The notes: generated by a model from the sequence alone, not told the origin. A stretch of DNA of 64,000 bases from Eledone cirrhosa (GCA_964016885.1 OZ024742.1:245210001-245274000); one strand, 5' to 3'. Shown: positions 11,518-26,284, counted from the stretch's first letter. A program made the numbers and translations.

Positions 11518-11882
11518 CTCCACAAATACACATTTGTTTTTCAAAATTATTATTATTATAATAATTGTTTCTACTTTAGGCACATGGCCAGCAATTTGAA
11601 GTGGGAGGGGAAAGTCAATTAAATCAACCCAAGTGTGTTACTGGTACTTTATTTATCGACCTCGTAAAGACGAAAGGATATTAATAATAATAATAATTGT
11701 TTCTACTTTTGGCACAAGGCCAGCAATTACCCCAGTGCATTACTGGTGCTTTATTTTATCAACCCCGTAGGGATGAAAGGCAAAGTTAACCTTGCCGGAT
11801 TTGAACTCAGAACGTAAAGGGCCATAACTCAATGCTGTAATTCATGATGTCCGACACTACAGATACTGCCAAACCACCACCC

Positions 11883-11918
<36 letters not shown>

Positions 11919-12366
11919 GTAACTGCCCATATACTAAGGAAAATTCTGTCAATATAAACACATCACAAGTCTAAACACCTAAAGATACATGTATGTGTGT
12001 ATGTGTTCTTTCTTGAACATGGCGGATCTTGTTGTCTCTTGAGGTCACTGGTTGTGACTTGGTGATAACTCATATGAACATAAAGCAAGATAAATGAAAA
12101 AAAAAAAAGAAGAAGAAGAAGAAGGAAGAGGGGGAGAAAACTGAGAGGTAACATAATGATTTGTTTCAAATATCAGTTTTATTTTTAGCTTTCTGAAATT
12201 AATAAATATATGTGAAAATGTTACAAAATAATTAAAGAAAGATTTTTTTATAATTCATTGAAATTGCAGTCAATAAAACAGCACCATTAAAATTACTGCA
12301 ATCAGAATTGGTCAGTAACACTCTTTCAGAAGAACCTTCATAGGTACAGTAACTACATATATTTAA

Positions 12367-12840
12367 CTCTTAACATCCTGTAATAATTTAGCAGAAAATA
12401 TCCCAAAATAGGTTTCTTAATTCAAATGTTTATAGCAATTTTACTCGAGGACAGATAGATCATTGTGAAAATTTGTATTATTACAGTAAAGACTCTAATA
12501 TTTAATGTGATGCAATCACAGTCTTGTTTGGTACTTATCAATAACATTTTGATAATATGGTTTCATGATCATTGTGAAAATTTGCAGTATTAGAGCAAAG
12601 AATTTTAAATGTGATGTAGTCATAATATTGTTTTGTACTTTTCAAGAATATCTGGCTAATACAATTTCATGTGGTTTGTTAATTCAAATGTTTATAGTAT
12701 CTTTACTATTTCGAAAATTAGCAGTAAACTAAAGTAAAGACTTTAATTTTAAATTGATGCAGTCATAATGTTTTGTACTTTTTGAAAATGCCTGGCTAAT
12801 GTAGTTTCTTTTGGTACAGGATGTTAAGAGATGTTAAGAG
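12367..12840. mobile_element. piggyBac-like MITE with internal tandem repeats (also 31389-31862, ~63078-63289; related internal repeats 40050-40660)
   Basis: TTAA|ctcttaacatcctgta ... tacaggatgttaagag (terminal 10-mer duplicated)|TTAA. Confidence 0.7.
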
Positions 12841-14551
12841 TTAAACTACCATACGTTTTCTGGGATTATTTGTTGCCAACCACAAACCCAGACAGGTTTA
12901 CTATGATTCTGAGGTTTTTCCTTTAAAGAAAGAAAGAAAGGGTTCTTAATTTCTGATGAATGTCCTGATCCACGGCATATCTTGAGCATTTTAAACCAGG
13001 TAGAGACCATCCCTCTCCCCATCTGTACATAGCTGATTTCTTCAAAATAAGGAGTTACTGAATTAGTGAGAGAAAAAGTGATAAAGAGAGATAGAGGAAG
13101 AATCAATCCCCAGTACATGACTGGTGCTTTATTTAGCAACCTCAAAAGGATGAAAGGCAAAGTAGACTTCAGCAGGATTTGAACTCAAAGTGCAGTGAGT
13201 TGGAACAAATACCAAGGCATTTAAGCAAATGCCCTAACAACTCTGCCAAATTGCTGCCTTTTCTTCTATAGACATGACTGAATTGGTCCTTTTTTTCATG
13301 ATTGGAATTCCTTATTTTAGATATAGATGTTCAGAAACTGCGAAACTATATTTTTACCTGGTTTACATACAAAAACCTTGGCAAATCTGAAATTCGAAAA
13401 TTCTGATTTTTTTTTCAACTATTATAGTTATTGGGGGGTAACTATGTTTTCAAATCTTATAATCTTATCTTTTGTCATTATGACAGAAGTTTTGAAATCC
13501 TCCTTCAAAACAAACCAAAATCAAATGACTGTCTCCCTCATCTTAATGCATATACACAAACTATGCAAGTATTTATTAAAGTAGGCTTGTGTAACACTTA
13601 TTCTGATAATGTAACCCTGGGAAAAAGTTGAGTTAAGTAACAGTGAAATAGGGTCTCTCCACAAATATGGTCTATCCCCTTATATTTCATGATATTTTAA
13701 GAATAAGATTTTTTTTTCAAAACAAACGGAATAATGTATGCTACTCCCTTTCTTTGGAAAACAAAAAAGTTTGAAGCTTGAAATATCATGAAATACAAGT
13801 TCTGTCAATAAATGCTAGATTTTGGCATGATCCTAAACAAACCACAGCTTAAAGCCTCACAAACTGGAGGGATCTCAAAATAACTAAAAGGTATGTATAT
13901 ATACAATTTTTGTGAGACTTTCTGGGATAATGACTTTTTAATAAGGTAGTTCCGAGCTTTGTATAGCTTAAGGCCTTATCAAGTATAAATCTGGCTGACT
14001 CTGATTAGAAGAATGATGCTTTTGCAAATTTTCCTTTTTAGATACAGCACAGGAAAACATATATACCATCAAATAACAGGCACACACTTCTCTGTTTCAC
14101 TGAAATCATTGTAAAACAATTAATCAATAACTATTTAACTTAATTCTCTTATTCTTTCATTATGTATTTGACTCTGTAGTTTGAATACTTACTAACATAC
14201 ATCACAAGCAGATGGCACTTTGAGTATTCACATCAGCACTACATAGAGTTCTAACATGGTTATAAGCCATGTCCTGACTACGAGGAATATATATATATAG
14301 TGAAAAGTTACTGCCCGATGGCTGAGCTCACGCTGTTTCAACGGTTATTGAGCATTAACTTTTCACTATACACACACTCTTCTTTCCCAAGATTCAAGTA
14401 TTTAACTGAGCATAGTCTTACTAGTTTAAACTGGTAACTCTCTCTCTCTCTCTATATATATATATATGGCACCCACTGTGGTTGGGATTTGACATATACA
14501 CATATATATATGGAGGAAGTTATAGTTCACTTGAAGCTTGGTGTAATGAGG

Positions 14552-14931
14552 TATAAACGTTTGAATTTGTAAAGCCAAACAATGCAGGTATGGACATAGA
14601 ATAAAAATGCAAATGCAAAAGATATTGTTGACAATTAGTCTTTTACCTTAGATTTATTTAAATGTCCTTAATTTTCGAGATAATATCTCTTCTTCGGAGG
14701 GAAGTAAAGCGGTTAAACCAGTGTTCTAAATAGCTTGCCAAGTCATAAGCTATTTAGAACAGTGGTTTAACTGCTTTACTTCCCTCCGAAGAAGAGATAT
14801 TATCTCGAAAAATAAGGACATTTAAATAAATCTAAGGTAAAAGACTAATTGTCAACAATATCTTTTGCATTTGTATTTTTATTCTATGTCCATACCTGCA
14901 TTGTTTGGCTTTACAAATTCAAACGTTTATA
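14552..14931. repeat. ~380 bp near-perfect palindrome with paired hammerhead-like motifs (duplicate 33571-33950)
   Basis: Arms of ~185 bp with a ~9-nt loop; cct-CCGAAGA-a-gagat att atctc-GAAA-at-TA-agg at 14666-14700 (minus) and 14783-14817 (plus). Confidence 0.85.
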
Positions 14932-15561
14932 TATATATATATATATATTATGTATTAAACAGTATTTGAAAGGCATCCTATGAAGAGGAGATTCATCTTA
15001 GATCAGTTTAACTCTACTGAATCAACAGTTAAACATGAGACTTATATATCCTTGTAGTTGCCATGGTTTTTTTTATTATTTACAATAAAAAGGGCAGTGG
15101 ATTGGCAGAATTATCATCATCATCCCTTTTATGGCTGTTTTTCCATGCTTGCATGACTAGGGTATGATCTTTAATGGCTGAATGCTCCTCTTATCACCAC
15201 CCCACACACACAGCCACATACATGTAATGCTAGCAGTTATAGCATGTACAGTGTAAAAAAAGTAAAGGTCTCTGATACTTGATGAAAGGGAATTTCAAAT
15301 AAGGCAGAGCCCATCATTTTTTAAGTCAGAACACAGTTGATCTCTTCTTCTTCTTCTTCTTCTGAGGGAGAGAGAACTGATCCCAGTACCAGACTGTTAT
15401 TTTATTTATCGATGTCAAAAGGATAAAAGGCAAAGTTAACCATGGCAGGATTTGAACTCAGAGTACAGTGAGCTAGAACAAATACCAAGGTATCTTTAAT
15501 TGCCTCGTCTACAGTGTATTTTGTGTAATTTGTGATAAAATATTTTGTTTTGATTTAAGTT

Positions 15562-15778
15562 AACAAAGGAGAGGCACAATATATAAACAACTATCTGGTT
15601 GTGGAACCAACCAACCAACCAGAAATTTATAAATTTATTATAAATTTATTATAATAAATTGAAGTGAAATCAACTGATGCGTGTGTTTCTTATTGGCAAC
15701 ATGACCCTCCCAAAGTATAACAATATCGGTTTCAACACACGATTTCAGATAAAGAATCTTGCTAAACAAATTCAGAAA

Positions 15779-15781
<3 letters not shown>
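15562..15781 (+). mobile_element. Penelope-like pLTR fragment at the duplication junction, hammerhead deleted
   Basis: Matches 16256-16551 but lacks ~16274-16339. Confidence 0.8.
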
Positions 15782-16707
<926 letters not shown>

Positions 16708-16809
16708 GGATATGTATGTATATATATATATGTATATATGTATATGTATATATATATATGTATATGTATATATATGTATATGTATGTATATTTATATATA
16801 TATATATAT

Positions 16810-17450
16810 ACTCTTTACTCTTTTACCTGTTCCAGCCATCCGGCTGAGGCCATGCTGAGGCACCGCCATTGTTACTACACATTTTATCTCCAGCCTGTAT
16901 TGGTTGGCCACTGGTGTAAGAGGGAGTTCGTTGCTGCTGCCCTTAAGTTTCCTTCGTGCCTTGCTGTGGGCTCATCCGGGATTCTGGATAGCAAGGCGTC
17001 AAGATGTTTCTTGAACACATCCACCTCCACACCATGCAGATCTCTCAGATCCCTTAGCAGCTTGTTGAAGAGTTGAGGACCCTTGAATCCCAGGCTATTG
17101 CAATATTTGCTCCTTATTCTAGATGTGGAAGACGGGACCGTTGGCACCACACAGTGACATCCTGTTCGACGGTTGGTCCAGCTCCCAATGCCAAAGTTAG
17201 GTGCTAGTCCCTCCAGGATTTTCCACGTGTAGATCACTGCGTATCTCTCCCGTCTTCGTTCCAAGGAGTAGAGGTTCAGTTCTTTTAGCCTCTCCTAGTA
17301 GCTTGTCTCCTTCATTGTGGCAATCCTCTTGGTGTAGCTTTGCTGCATTGCCTCAAGCTCCGTGGTTACTTTGACACTATGGGGTGACCACAACTGGGAG
17401 CAATAGTCAAGCGGCTTAGGACAAATGTCCTCCATAGTGTCAGCATGCAT
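16810..17450 (-). mobile_element. CR1/L2-group LINE 3' fragment
   Basis: LERRRERYAVIYTWKILEGLAPN...KGPQLFNKL...[16 protein letters not shown]; short-repeat tail next to (TA)n. Confidence 0.8.
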
Positions 17451-17487
17451 TGGAAAGGAGGTAAATTATGTGTACAAACATTGAAAA

Positions 17488-17538
17488 ATTCTCTGAAGAT
17501 ACCAAGCCTAGGTTTGGATGAAACAATTGTAAGTGAAT
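17488..17538 (+). ncRNA. Type I hammerhead-like motif
   Basis: CTGAAGA-ta-ccaagc ctag gtttgg-at-GAAA-caattg-TA; stem I imperfect. Confidence 0.55.
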
Positions 17539-17620
17539 AAATGCTTTGAACATAGCTTTGATTCTTGTGAATTCTATATATATGTATATATTAATATATA
17601 TATATTAAAATATATATATT

Positions 17621-17695
<75 letters not shown>

Positions 17696-17916
17696 ATGTA
17701 AAATATTAAACAAATAATGAACAAACAATTCCTTATATTAAACAAAAAAAGTTCACTATTTAACGATCGTTTCTAGGGTATATATGTGTTATAATTGGTA
17801 TGCATATTTAACAGATCTATGTACAAAATTATACAAAATTATACAAATTATCAAGATTAAATATACATACCTAACTCATATATACGCCGTCTTCAGAAAT
17901 AATGTATATGTATATA

Positions 17917-18368
17917 GGCAAAGGACCTCTTAAGAGTCAATGGCCATCCAAAATCACCGGGAGAGATGACCCCTTAGCCTTTGTCAAGGCAGAATTTTAG
18001 GAGAAGGAACACTCTGATATAACACCTGCAACCCTGATGGTATCCAATGATGTTGACTTGTTCTTCTTTTTGGTAAATATCATCTTGGTTAAGAGAGTGG
18101 GCATGGCTTTGTGCAGTGCCTTTGCTCACTATAAAAGCTTCACGGCACAGGCATTGCTTTATATCTGGAGATCTCTCTGCACTTGTCATCACATGGTACC
18201 ATGGGCCCAGCACTATGTGTCAATAATTTTCACAGGTGTAGTGTTTGTACCAGGGTTTTCAGGTCGCTGGCTGGACTAAAAAGTCACACTTGTTTAGCGC
18301 ATCAGTACGAGTTCTCCTACATTGATATAAAGTAGTGGCCGTACTGGAAAACGAGTTGGCAGCCACTA
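17917..18368 (+). mobile_element. Interspersed repeat, inverted homolog of 52048-52478 (possibly a retroelement 5'UTR)
   Basis: High nucleotide similarity between the two loci (ORFs 18037/52115 and 17974/52181 translate alike); TA flanks. Confidence 0.7.
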
Positions 18369-18372
18369 TATA

Positions 18373-18407
<35 letters not shown>

Positions 18408-18541
18408 GTAGATAAATCTACCAAGAGTTTACGGTAGTGTCCAATCCGTATGAAGAACTCAATGTAATCCGGATATCATGGAAAGAAGAGATGCATTCAA
18501 AAATCACTTTCGGTGAAAGATAAACGGAATACAGAGTCAAG

Positions 18542-18981
18542 ATAAAGTATTAAAAAAATAATGAATAAAACAATGAAACAGTTCCTTATATTAAACAAAA
18601 AAAGTTCATTATTTAACGATCGTTTCTAGGACATATATGTGTTAGAATTGGTATGCATATTCAACAGATCTATGTACAAAATTATACAAAATTATACAAA
18701 TTATCAAATATAATATACATACCAACACATACATATGCCGTCTTCAGAAATAATTATTTCTGAAAAGATTATTTCTGAAGACGGCATATGTATGTGTTGG
18801 TATGTATATTATATTTGATAATTTGTATAATTTTGTATAATTTTGTACATAGATCTGTTGAATATGCATACCAATTCTAACACATATATGTCCTAGAAAC
18901 GATCGTTAAATAATGAACTTTTTTTTGTTTAATATAAGGAACTGTTTCATTGTTTTATTCATTATTTTTTTAATACTTTAT
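18542..18981. repeat. ~440 bp fold-back with two hammerheads carrying a 114-nt stem II region (third copy 17755-17903 minus)
   Basis: Near-perfect arms centred ~18760; attattt-CTGAAGA-[114 nt]-GAAA-cgatcg-TT-aaataat at 18768-18914. Confidence 0.8.
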
Positions 18982-19010
18982 ATTTATATATATGTATATA
19001 TATATATATA

Positions 19011-19890
19011 TTGTTTCTGAAAACGTGTGTTGAAACGTGTGTTGAAACTCAATATTAAGATAGTAGAAAGACCAGGTACGTCCATAAAAACACTTATTAG
19101 TAATACATACCCTTTTCAAAGACCTCCCTGTATAGATAAGAAATGTATAATCTGTAAAATAAGCCCCCAAATTAACTGTAAAACTAGAAATGTAGTATAT
19201 AGCATAAGATGTACTGAAGGACAATGTAGAGATAAGAATATAGTGTACATAGGTGAGACAGCTCGTAGTATAGGGGAACGGATAAATGAACACTGTCGAG
19301 AGCTTCAAGATAGAAAAGAATCATCTGTACTCTACCAACATGCTAAAATAGAACATAAGGGTAAATTAGAGAACATAGAAATAAAAATAGAATCTACACA
19401 CAGAAAAGACGCAATGTTTAGACAAATCACAGAGGCAATAAACACAAATGAACTCCAACCAAAATTAAATAGAAAACATGAATGGAATAGCAACATCACA
19501 ACTTACAAGTAAGGACAAAATGAAAACACACACACACATAGAACAAACAACCAACCAGTAACATGTAAATAAATAAATAAACAAATATAAACACACACAA
19601 ACACCCGGATGTAACACATGCGCAAACTAAGCACACAACACACACAAAAACAAGATGGGGTAGGACAGAACAAAGGAGAGGCACAAAAACAAAGTCACTG
19701 AAGAGGTCACAGAATGTGTGACGAAAGAACTTTGACAATATATGAACAACCGTCCGGTTGTGGAACCAACCAACCAACCGGAAATTTATAAATTCTTAAA
19801 TTTATAATTTTAATTTATAATAAATTGGAGTGAAAGCAACTGGTGCGTGTGTTTCTTATTGGCAACATGACCCTCCCAAAGCATAACAAT
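19011..19890 (+). mobile_element. 5'-truncated Penelope-like element with an open GIY-YIG endonuclease domain (19027-19512)
   Basis: CIDKKCIIC...NVVYSIRC...YIGETARSIGERINEH...LNRKHEW; 3'UTR hammerhead at 19694-19736; TA flanks. Confidence 0.9.
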
Positions 19891-19945
19891 ATATATATAT
19901 ATGTATATATATATATATGTGAGTATATATATATGTGTATATATA

Positions 19946-19984
<39 letters not shown>

Positions 19985-20025
19985 GCATATATATATGTGT
20001 GTATATATAAGCATATATATATATA

Positions 20026-23000
20026 TCTTATATATAAAGTGAAGTTGGGCGTTGTTTGTTTGGTGTCCCGAACTTGCAGGCTACACCGTTCATCCGATGT
20101 TCATGAAACTTGACACATATATAAAACTCGACCCGTAGATTGGAATAGGCTACTTGAAGCCAAAGATCGATATTTTCAAAAATCGTCCGATTTCGATGAA
20201 ACTCGACGCAAGTATGTATTTTGATCGGGGGATGAACGTGGGCTACATTAAATTTTCGAAACTTTTCGATAATTGGATCACCAGAGGCAAAAATCGATAT
20301 TTACGAAATTTGTCCGATTCCAATAAAATTTGACGTAGGTATGTATTTTGATGCGGGGATCAACGTGGGAAAAATCCGGCAACCGAAAAACGCCATTCTT
20401 CTTGCTTCCATTTGTCGCGACTCCCGCCATGCAAAAAACGTTCAATCTATCAGGATTATCCACCGTAAGTCTCTTTAAATTAACGCTCACCATATTCAGC
20501 AAACCTTTTATGCCGATTCTTCCATTCCTTATATAAGGACTATCAAGACTATACCGCCGCGCATCATCCTGTATAACGCCCAGCCTTCTCAAGCGATCAT
20601 CGAGCCTCCATGCGCTCTCTTCATTCCCGTGGTCCCACTACCGTAGCATAATGAGGCATCCGTCAACCCCTGCCCTCTCCCTTCCCTGCACGCCGTCGAC
20701 CCACTGCATCGTTGTGCATCACCATGCACATCTCTGCCTTGTCAGCCCCAATTCATTCCCCGGCCCTTTCTATTGCCTGCCCCCCGTGGTCCCTAAGGAC
20801 TACCACGGCTCAACATGCCGAATCCCTGCCACCGTCCATCCCTGCCCATTTCCATTGCCTACACTCCGGGAGAGCTCAAGACTTCCATGCCTGACCAAGC
20901 CGCATCCCTGCCACCGTCAACCCCTGCCTTCTACCTTCCCTGCACGCTGTCGTCCTACTGCATCGTCATGCCTCACCATCCCCTCCTCAGCCCTTTCTTT
21001 TGCCTGCCCGCCGTGCTCCTTCAAGACTACCATGCCTAACCAAGCTGCATCCCTGCCACCATCAAGTCCTGCCCTCTCCCTTCCCTGTACGCCGTCGTCC
21101 CACTGCATAGTAATGCCTCACCATGCCGCATCCATGCTCTGTCAGCCGCCATGCCCTCCCCTGCCCTTTCCCTTACTCGCACGCCTTGGTCCTTCACGAG
21201 TGCCATGGATCACCATGCGGAATCCCTGCAACCGTCAATCCCGGCCATCTCCCTTCCCTGCACGCCGTCGACTCACTGCATCGTTATGCCTCACCATGAC
21301 GCATCTATGATCTGTCAGCCGCCATCCCCTCCTCAGCCTTTTATTTTTTGCCTGCCCACCGTGATCCTTCAAGACTGCCATGCCTAACCAAGCCGCATCC
21401 CTGCCCTCTCCCTTGCCCGCACGCCTTGGTCCCTCACGACTGCCATGGCTCACCATGCGGCATTCCTGCCCTGTCAGCAACTTGCTCAAATGTCATCAGC
21501 ATGGTTTATTCCTGCGCCGCCCATAACCGCCCATTATCTCAGACCAAAGACAGCACCGAACATGAAGACGATCCCGTGTAAGTCTTTTTACATTCATTTT
21601 GACCATATTTAACAAAATTAAACAAAAATTCATCCCTTTCTCCTCCAAAGCCTACCGATCATGTATGGCCGATAAACATCCTGCCTTGCACCCGGTTTTC
21701 TCAAACAATCATCGTGCCTCCCGGTGCTCTCTACATTCATGAGGTGCAACTCAATTGGCATGCCGCATCCACGCCCTGTCAGCCGCCATGCGCCCTGCCC
21801 TTTCGTCATGCCTCATCATGTTGAATCCCTGCCCTGTCAGCCGCCATCCACTGCCTAGGCATGGCAGTCTTGAGGGCCCAAGTCGCATCCCTGCCACCGT
21901 CAACCCCTGCCCTCTCCGTTCCCTGCACGCCGTCGTCCCTCTGCATCGTCATGCATCACCATGCCGCATCAATGCTGTCAGCCGCCATCCCCTCGTCGGC
22001 CCTTTCTTTTGCCTGCCCGCAGTGCTCCTTCAAGACTGCCATGGCTCACCATGCGGCATCCTTGCCACTATCCACCCCTGCCCTCTTCCTTGCCTGCTGG
22101 CCGTCGTCCCACTGCATCGTCATGCCTCAGGATGCCGCATCTATGCACTGCCAGCCACCATCCCCTCCTCGGCTCTTTCTTTTGCCTGACCGCCGTGCTC
22201 CTTCAAGACTCCCATGGCTATCTATGCCACATCAATTCCTTGCCACCCGCTTAAACGTCATCAGCATGGCTTATTGTTGCCCCATTTGACCACCGATTTT
22301 CGCAAGCTAAACACAATACCAACGTGCACGATAGTCGATGGTAAATCTCTTTAATTACATGTTCATCATGCTCAGCAAAGGATGAATAGCAACTCTTTCA
22401 TTTCTCCTGACATGCCTTTCTGTCAATTATGGCCGAGAAGCATCCTGTGTAGCATCGCGTCTTCTCAAGCGATCAGCGTGCCTTCCACTGTCCTCACTAT
22501 TGACACAACAGTCCATCAGGTTTTTCGGCACATGTTGCTCCGATAGGAATATCAACGTGATTTTCACTTAATTCGTAAGTGTTCAGTCTCCGTATGCATT
22601 TATTTTTTATTGATACAACACCGACTACAATCATCTAACTTCACTTTGTAGGCTAGACGCGAATCACAAGGAAAACAAACCTCTGATATACAACCCCACC
22701 AAATTCTTTGGTCTACCTAGATTTCAATGGCTATCTCCTTTGCTTTTGTACGGTTGTACATTTGACAATATCGCAAAACATTATTCCACTTGATTCTTAC
22801 CTTTCAGCTATGAATTGGGCAGTGCCTTAACATCCCGGTTTATTTGCGTGCAATTTTTTGGTATCTTATGAATGGAGAATCGAAAACTCTTTTTCCCATA
22901 ACCTGATACATGCGTTACACATGTTCCATGGATGTTTGTGGACATTTTTTCAAAATACCAATATCACAGATTGGAGCATAAAAAAAAAAAACGTTTGTTC

Positions 23001-23804
23001 TTCATTTATTTCGGTTAAAGCATCCTGCTGGAATTTAACGCAGACCCGTTTAAATCCAGCGCCTTATAACCCCGAGTGTAACCAGGTACACCAGCTAGAA
23101 AGACAAATGGAAACATTGTTTTCTCGGCCCGATTTGACGAAAGTCGATTTAGTTCCACAACAAATTAACAAACCATACTTGAAGACACGTTGAGGCTGTT
23201 GCAAAGGGCAATAAACCTAGACACAATTTTGATCAACTTTTTTTCACCTATAGCAAATTTACCGGGACAGGTTTTTAGCTACTCAAATCTACTTCAGAGG
23301 TCACGCATTCATGTAAAAAATCAATAAAACTGAAGCGGGGGTTCGACTTTGCGCAAAAAACAAGGCAAAGTTGCACATGGGAAAACTTTTTACAGGAACG
23401 TCCGATTTTCTTGAAAACTGTCGCAAAAGACTCGCCATTACGCCGCGGTTCAGATAAAGTCCCTTTTATTTCTTCTTCTGCACATGTGAGCGCGAAAATT
23501 GTAAAAAAAAAAAACTGTGAAAAAATCGACTTTTTCACCCTGCTTTAAAAATCAACTGAAAATTCAATTTCAAGTGAATTTGACTTCCGTCAGTCGTGCA
23601 AAGAACAATTTCAACGATACACTGTGAACCTACAATTGATCCATTATTTATGCTCAATTACACACCTGCGTCTACTAACCTCTGTTTTTTTCCTTGAGGT
23701 TCGAAGGTTTTTGCACCTGTGATGCGCGGGAAGTAACTTTCACACATTTTAACAACAGAGCAAAGATCGACTTACACCCAGGCAACGCCGGGTACTTCTG
23801 CTAG
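20026..23804 (+). mobile_element. Non-autonomous Helitron (~3.8 kb) with internal repeats and unidentified cargo
   Basis: A|TC 5' end, subterminal ccgatttcgatgaaact-type repeats, 3' hairpin 23776-23793 and CTAG|T; no RepHel ORF seen. Confidence 0.8.
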
Positions 23805-24447
23805 TATATATATATATATGTAGGAGGTGAGTTTTATTGTAGCACAATAAAGCAATGCAAATATCGGATAAGTAGTACTCAACAGGACTGGAGTATAAAT
23901 AATATAAGATCAAAAGATGGTTAAAAGATGGTTAAAAAATATAAGATCAAAAGATGATCAAAAGATGGTTAAATGTATTTTATTATGCGCATTTCAAAAA
24001 CAAATATCATCATGGGATGATATTTACGTTCTCATCAGATAAAATAGGGAGACATGATATGAAGCTTAAAAAACACTGGCGAGCATTGAAGTGTTAAATC
24101 TACATATGAAAGATAAAATATACAGGAGCAAATCATGGAATAGCTTAGATAGGACTAGACATAAGATAGGGAAAGCCACCTCATGGTACGACAACCAGAG
24201 ATACCAGAGTGTCATGTTTGTGGACGCTACCCCTGGAGGGAAATTAGCTAACCAGTGTATCCATATATCCATCTTATTTTATCTTACATATGTAGATTTA
24301 ACACTTCAATGCTCGCAAGTGTTTTTTAAGCTTCATATCATGTCTCCTTATTTTATCTGATGAGAACGCAAATATCATCCCATGATGATATTTGTTTTTG
24401 AAATGCGCATAATAAAATACATGGAACTCTTTTAACCATCTTTTGAT

Positions 24448-24495
<48 letters not shown>

Positions 24496-24497
<2 letters not shown>

Positions 24498-25083
24498 CAA
24501 GATGTATGGTAGGTCGTATGTGAATCGCGATGATCACGCCTGACCTACCAAATATGTGACGGTAGCTAGTTAAGCTCTATGCGTATAAGCAGAGCAGAAA
24601 TATTAAAGAAAAAGAACAAAGGAACTATTATGACATTATAACAAGTTTATTGCCGACAGCCGTTTCGTCCGACCCCATGGTGGGACTTTTCAAGGCATAT
24701 AACAGGTGATTGTAAGTTCATTATTTACATCAACGTTTCACTCAAGATTAGCAGTTTGAAATTGTGGTATACATCAGCAGCTCTGCTTGTATATTTGGGG
24801 TCTATATTCTAAGGGGGCTCTTTTATATTAGTTGTCGGAGTTGTAAAAGGGATGGGTTATGGGGAGTTAAGAGAATTTGAAGAGGGCCTAAGAGTCAGGG
24901 ATTGAAGGTTAAAAATTAGATAATTTACGCATTAAAGAGCCCCCTTAGAATATAGACCCCAAATATACAAGCAGAGCTGCTGATGTATGCCACAATTTCA
25001 AACTGCTAATCTTGAGTGAAACGTTGATGTAAGTAATGAACTTACAATCACATGTTATATGCCTTGAAAGTCCCACCATATGC
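24496..25083. mobile_element. Penelope-like fold-back element (only the left arm survives in copy 1, 6331-6612)
   Basis: Inverted arms ~24677-24818/24939-25083 with a 120 bp spacer, flanked by TA microsatellites. Confidence 0.7.
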
Positions 25084-25173
25084 ATATATATATATGCATA
25101 TGTATATATATATATATATATATATGCATATATATATATGCATATGTATATATATATATATATATATATATGC

Positions 25174-25205
<32 letters not shown>

Positions 25206-25207
25206 GC

Positions 25208-25241
<34 letters not shown>

Positions 25242-25263
25242 GCATATATATATATATATATGC

Positions 25264-25299
<36 letters not shown>

Positions 25300-25409
25300 G
25301 CATATATATATATATGTATATATACGTATATATATATATGCATATATATATGTATATATATGTATATATATATATGCATATATATATATATGTATATATA
25401 TATATATGC

Positions 25410-25440
<31 letters not shown>

Positions 25441-25509
25441 TATGCATATATATATATGTATATATATATATGCATATATATCTGTATATATATGTATATA
25501 TATATATGC

Positions 25510-25548
<39 letters not shown>

Positions 25549-25566
25549 CATATATATATATGCATA

Positions 25567-25597
<31 letters not shown>

Positions 25598-25703
25598 GCA
25601 TATATATATATATACATATATATATATATGCATATATATATATACATATATATACATATATATATGCATATATATATATACGTATATATACATATATATA
25701 TGC

Positions 25704-25775
<72 letters not shown>

Positions 25776-25914
25776 GTGTATATATATATATGTGTGTGTA
25801 TATATATATGTATATATATGTGTGTATATATATATGTGTGTATATATATATGTGTGTATATATATATGTATATATATATATGCATATATATATATGTATA
25901 CATATATATATGTA

Positions 25915-26003
<89 letters not shown>
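25080..26003. repeat. ~920 bp compound (TA)n/TGCA/TG microsatellite (other long TA arrays: 8097-8356, 15781-15863, 16552-16810, 17575-17700, 27099-27502)
   Basis: Direct reading. Confidence 0.95.
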
Positions 26004-26005
<2 letters not shown>

Positions 26006-26006
<1 letters not shown>

Positions 26007-26284
26007 GAGGCACGTGGCCTAGTGGTAAGGGTGTTGGACTTACGACCATAATGTCGTGGGCTGGATTTCTGGGTTGCGTGTTGTGTTCTCAAGCAAAACA
26101 CTTCATTTCACGTTGCTCCAGTATACTCAGCTGAAAATGAGTACCAGCAATAGCTGGAGGTTTAACCCTGCGATGGACTGGCGTCCTGTCCAGGGGGGAG
26201 TCTTGTACTTTCAGTCGCATCATGCCATGAAACCGGGATAAGCACCGGCCAAATGAGCCTTCTAACTTAAGACAGACTTTAGAC

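Noticed and set aside
14299-14369. Small inverted repeat tagtgaaaagtta...taacttttcacta between TA runs
   Set aside because: Possibly a tiny fold-back remnant, but no complete ribozyme core or family assignment.
11963-15563. A second PI3K gene copy in the duplicated block
   Set aside because: The duplication stops ~430 bp short of the stop codon, so no coding exon is duplicated.
20651-22289. Pro/Cys/His-rich ORFs up to 219 aa
   Set aside because: They arise from GC-rich repeats inside the Helitron; open in several frames with no recognisable domain.
26006-26080. tRNA gene (and other A/B-box hits)
   Set aside because: SINE heads continuing into SINE bodies; no complete cloverleaf.
24945-26134. 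Six overlapping 218-360 aa ORFs rich in I/Y/M/C/H (likewise 7834-8487, 16446-17076, 26837-27496)
   Set aside because: They are translations of stop-free (TA)n compound microsatellites, not genes.
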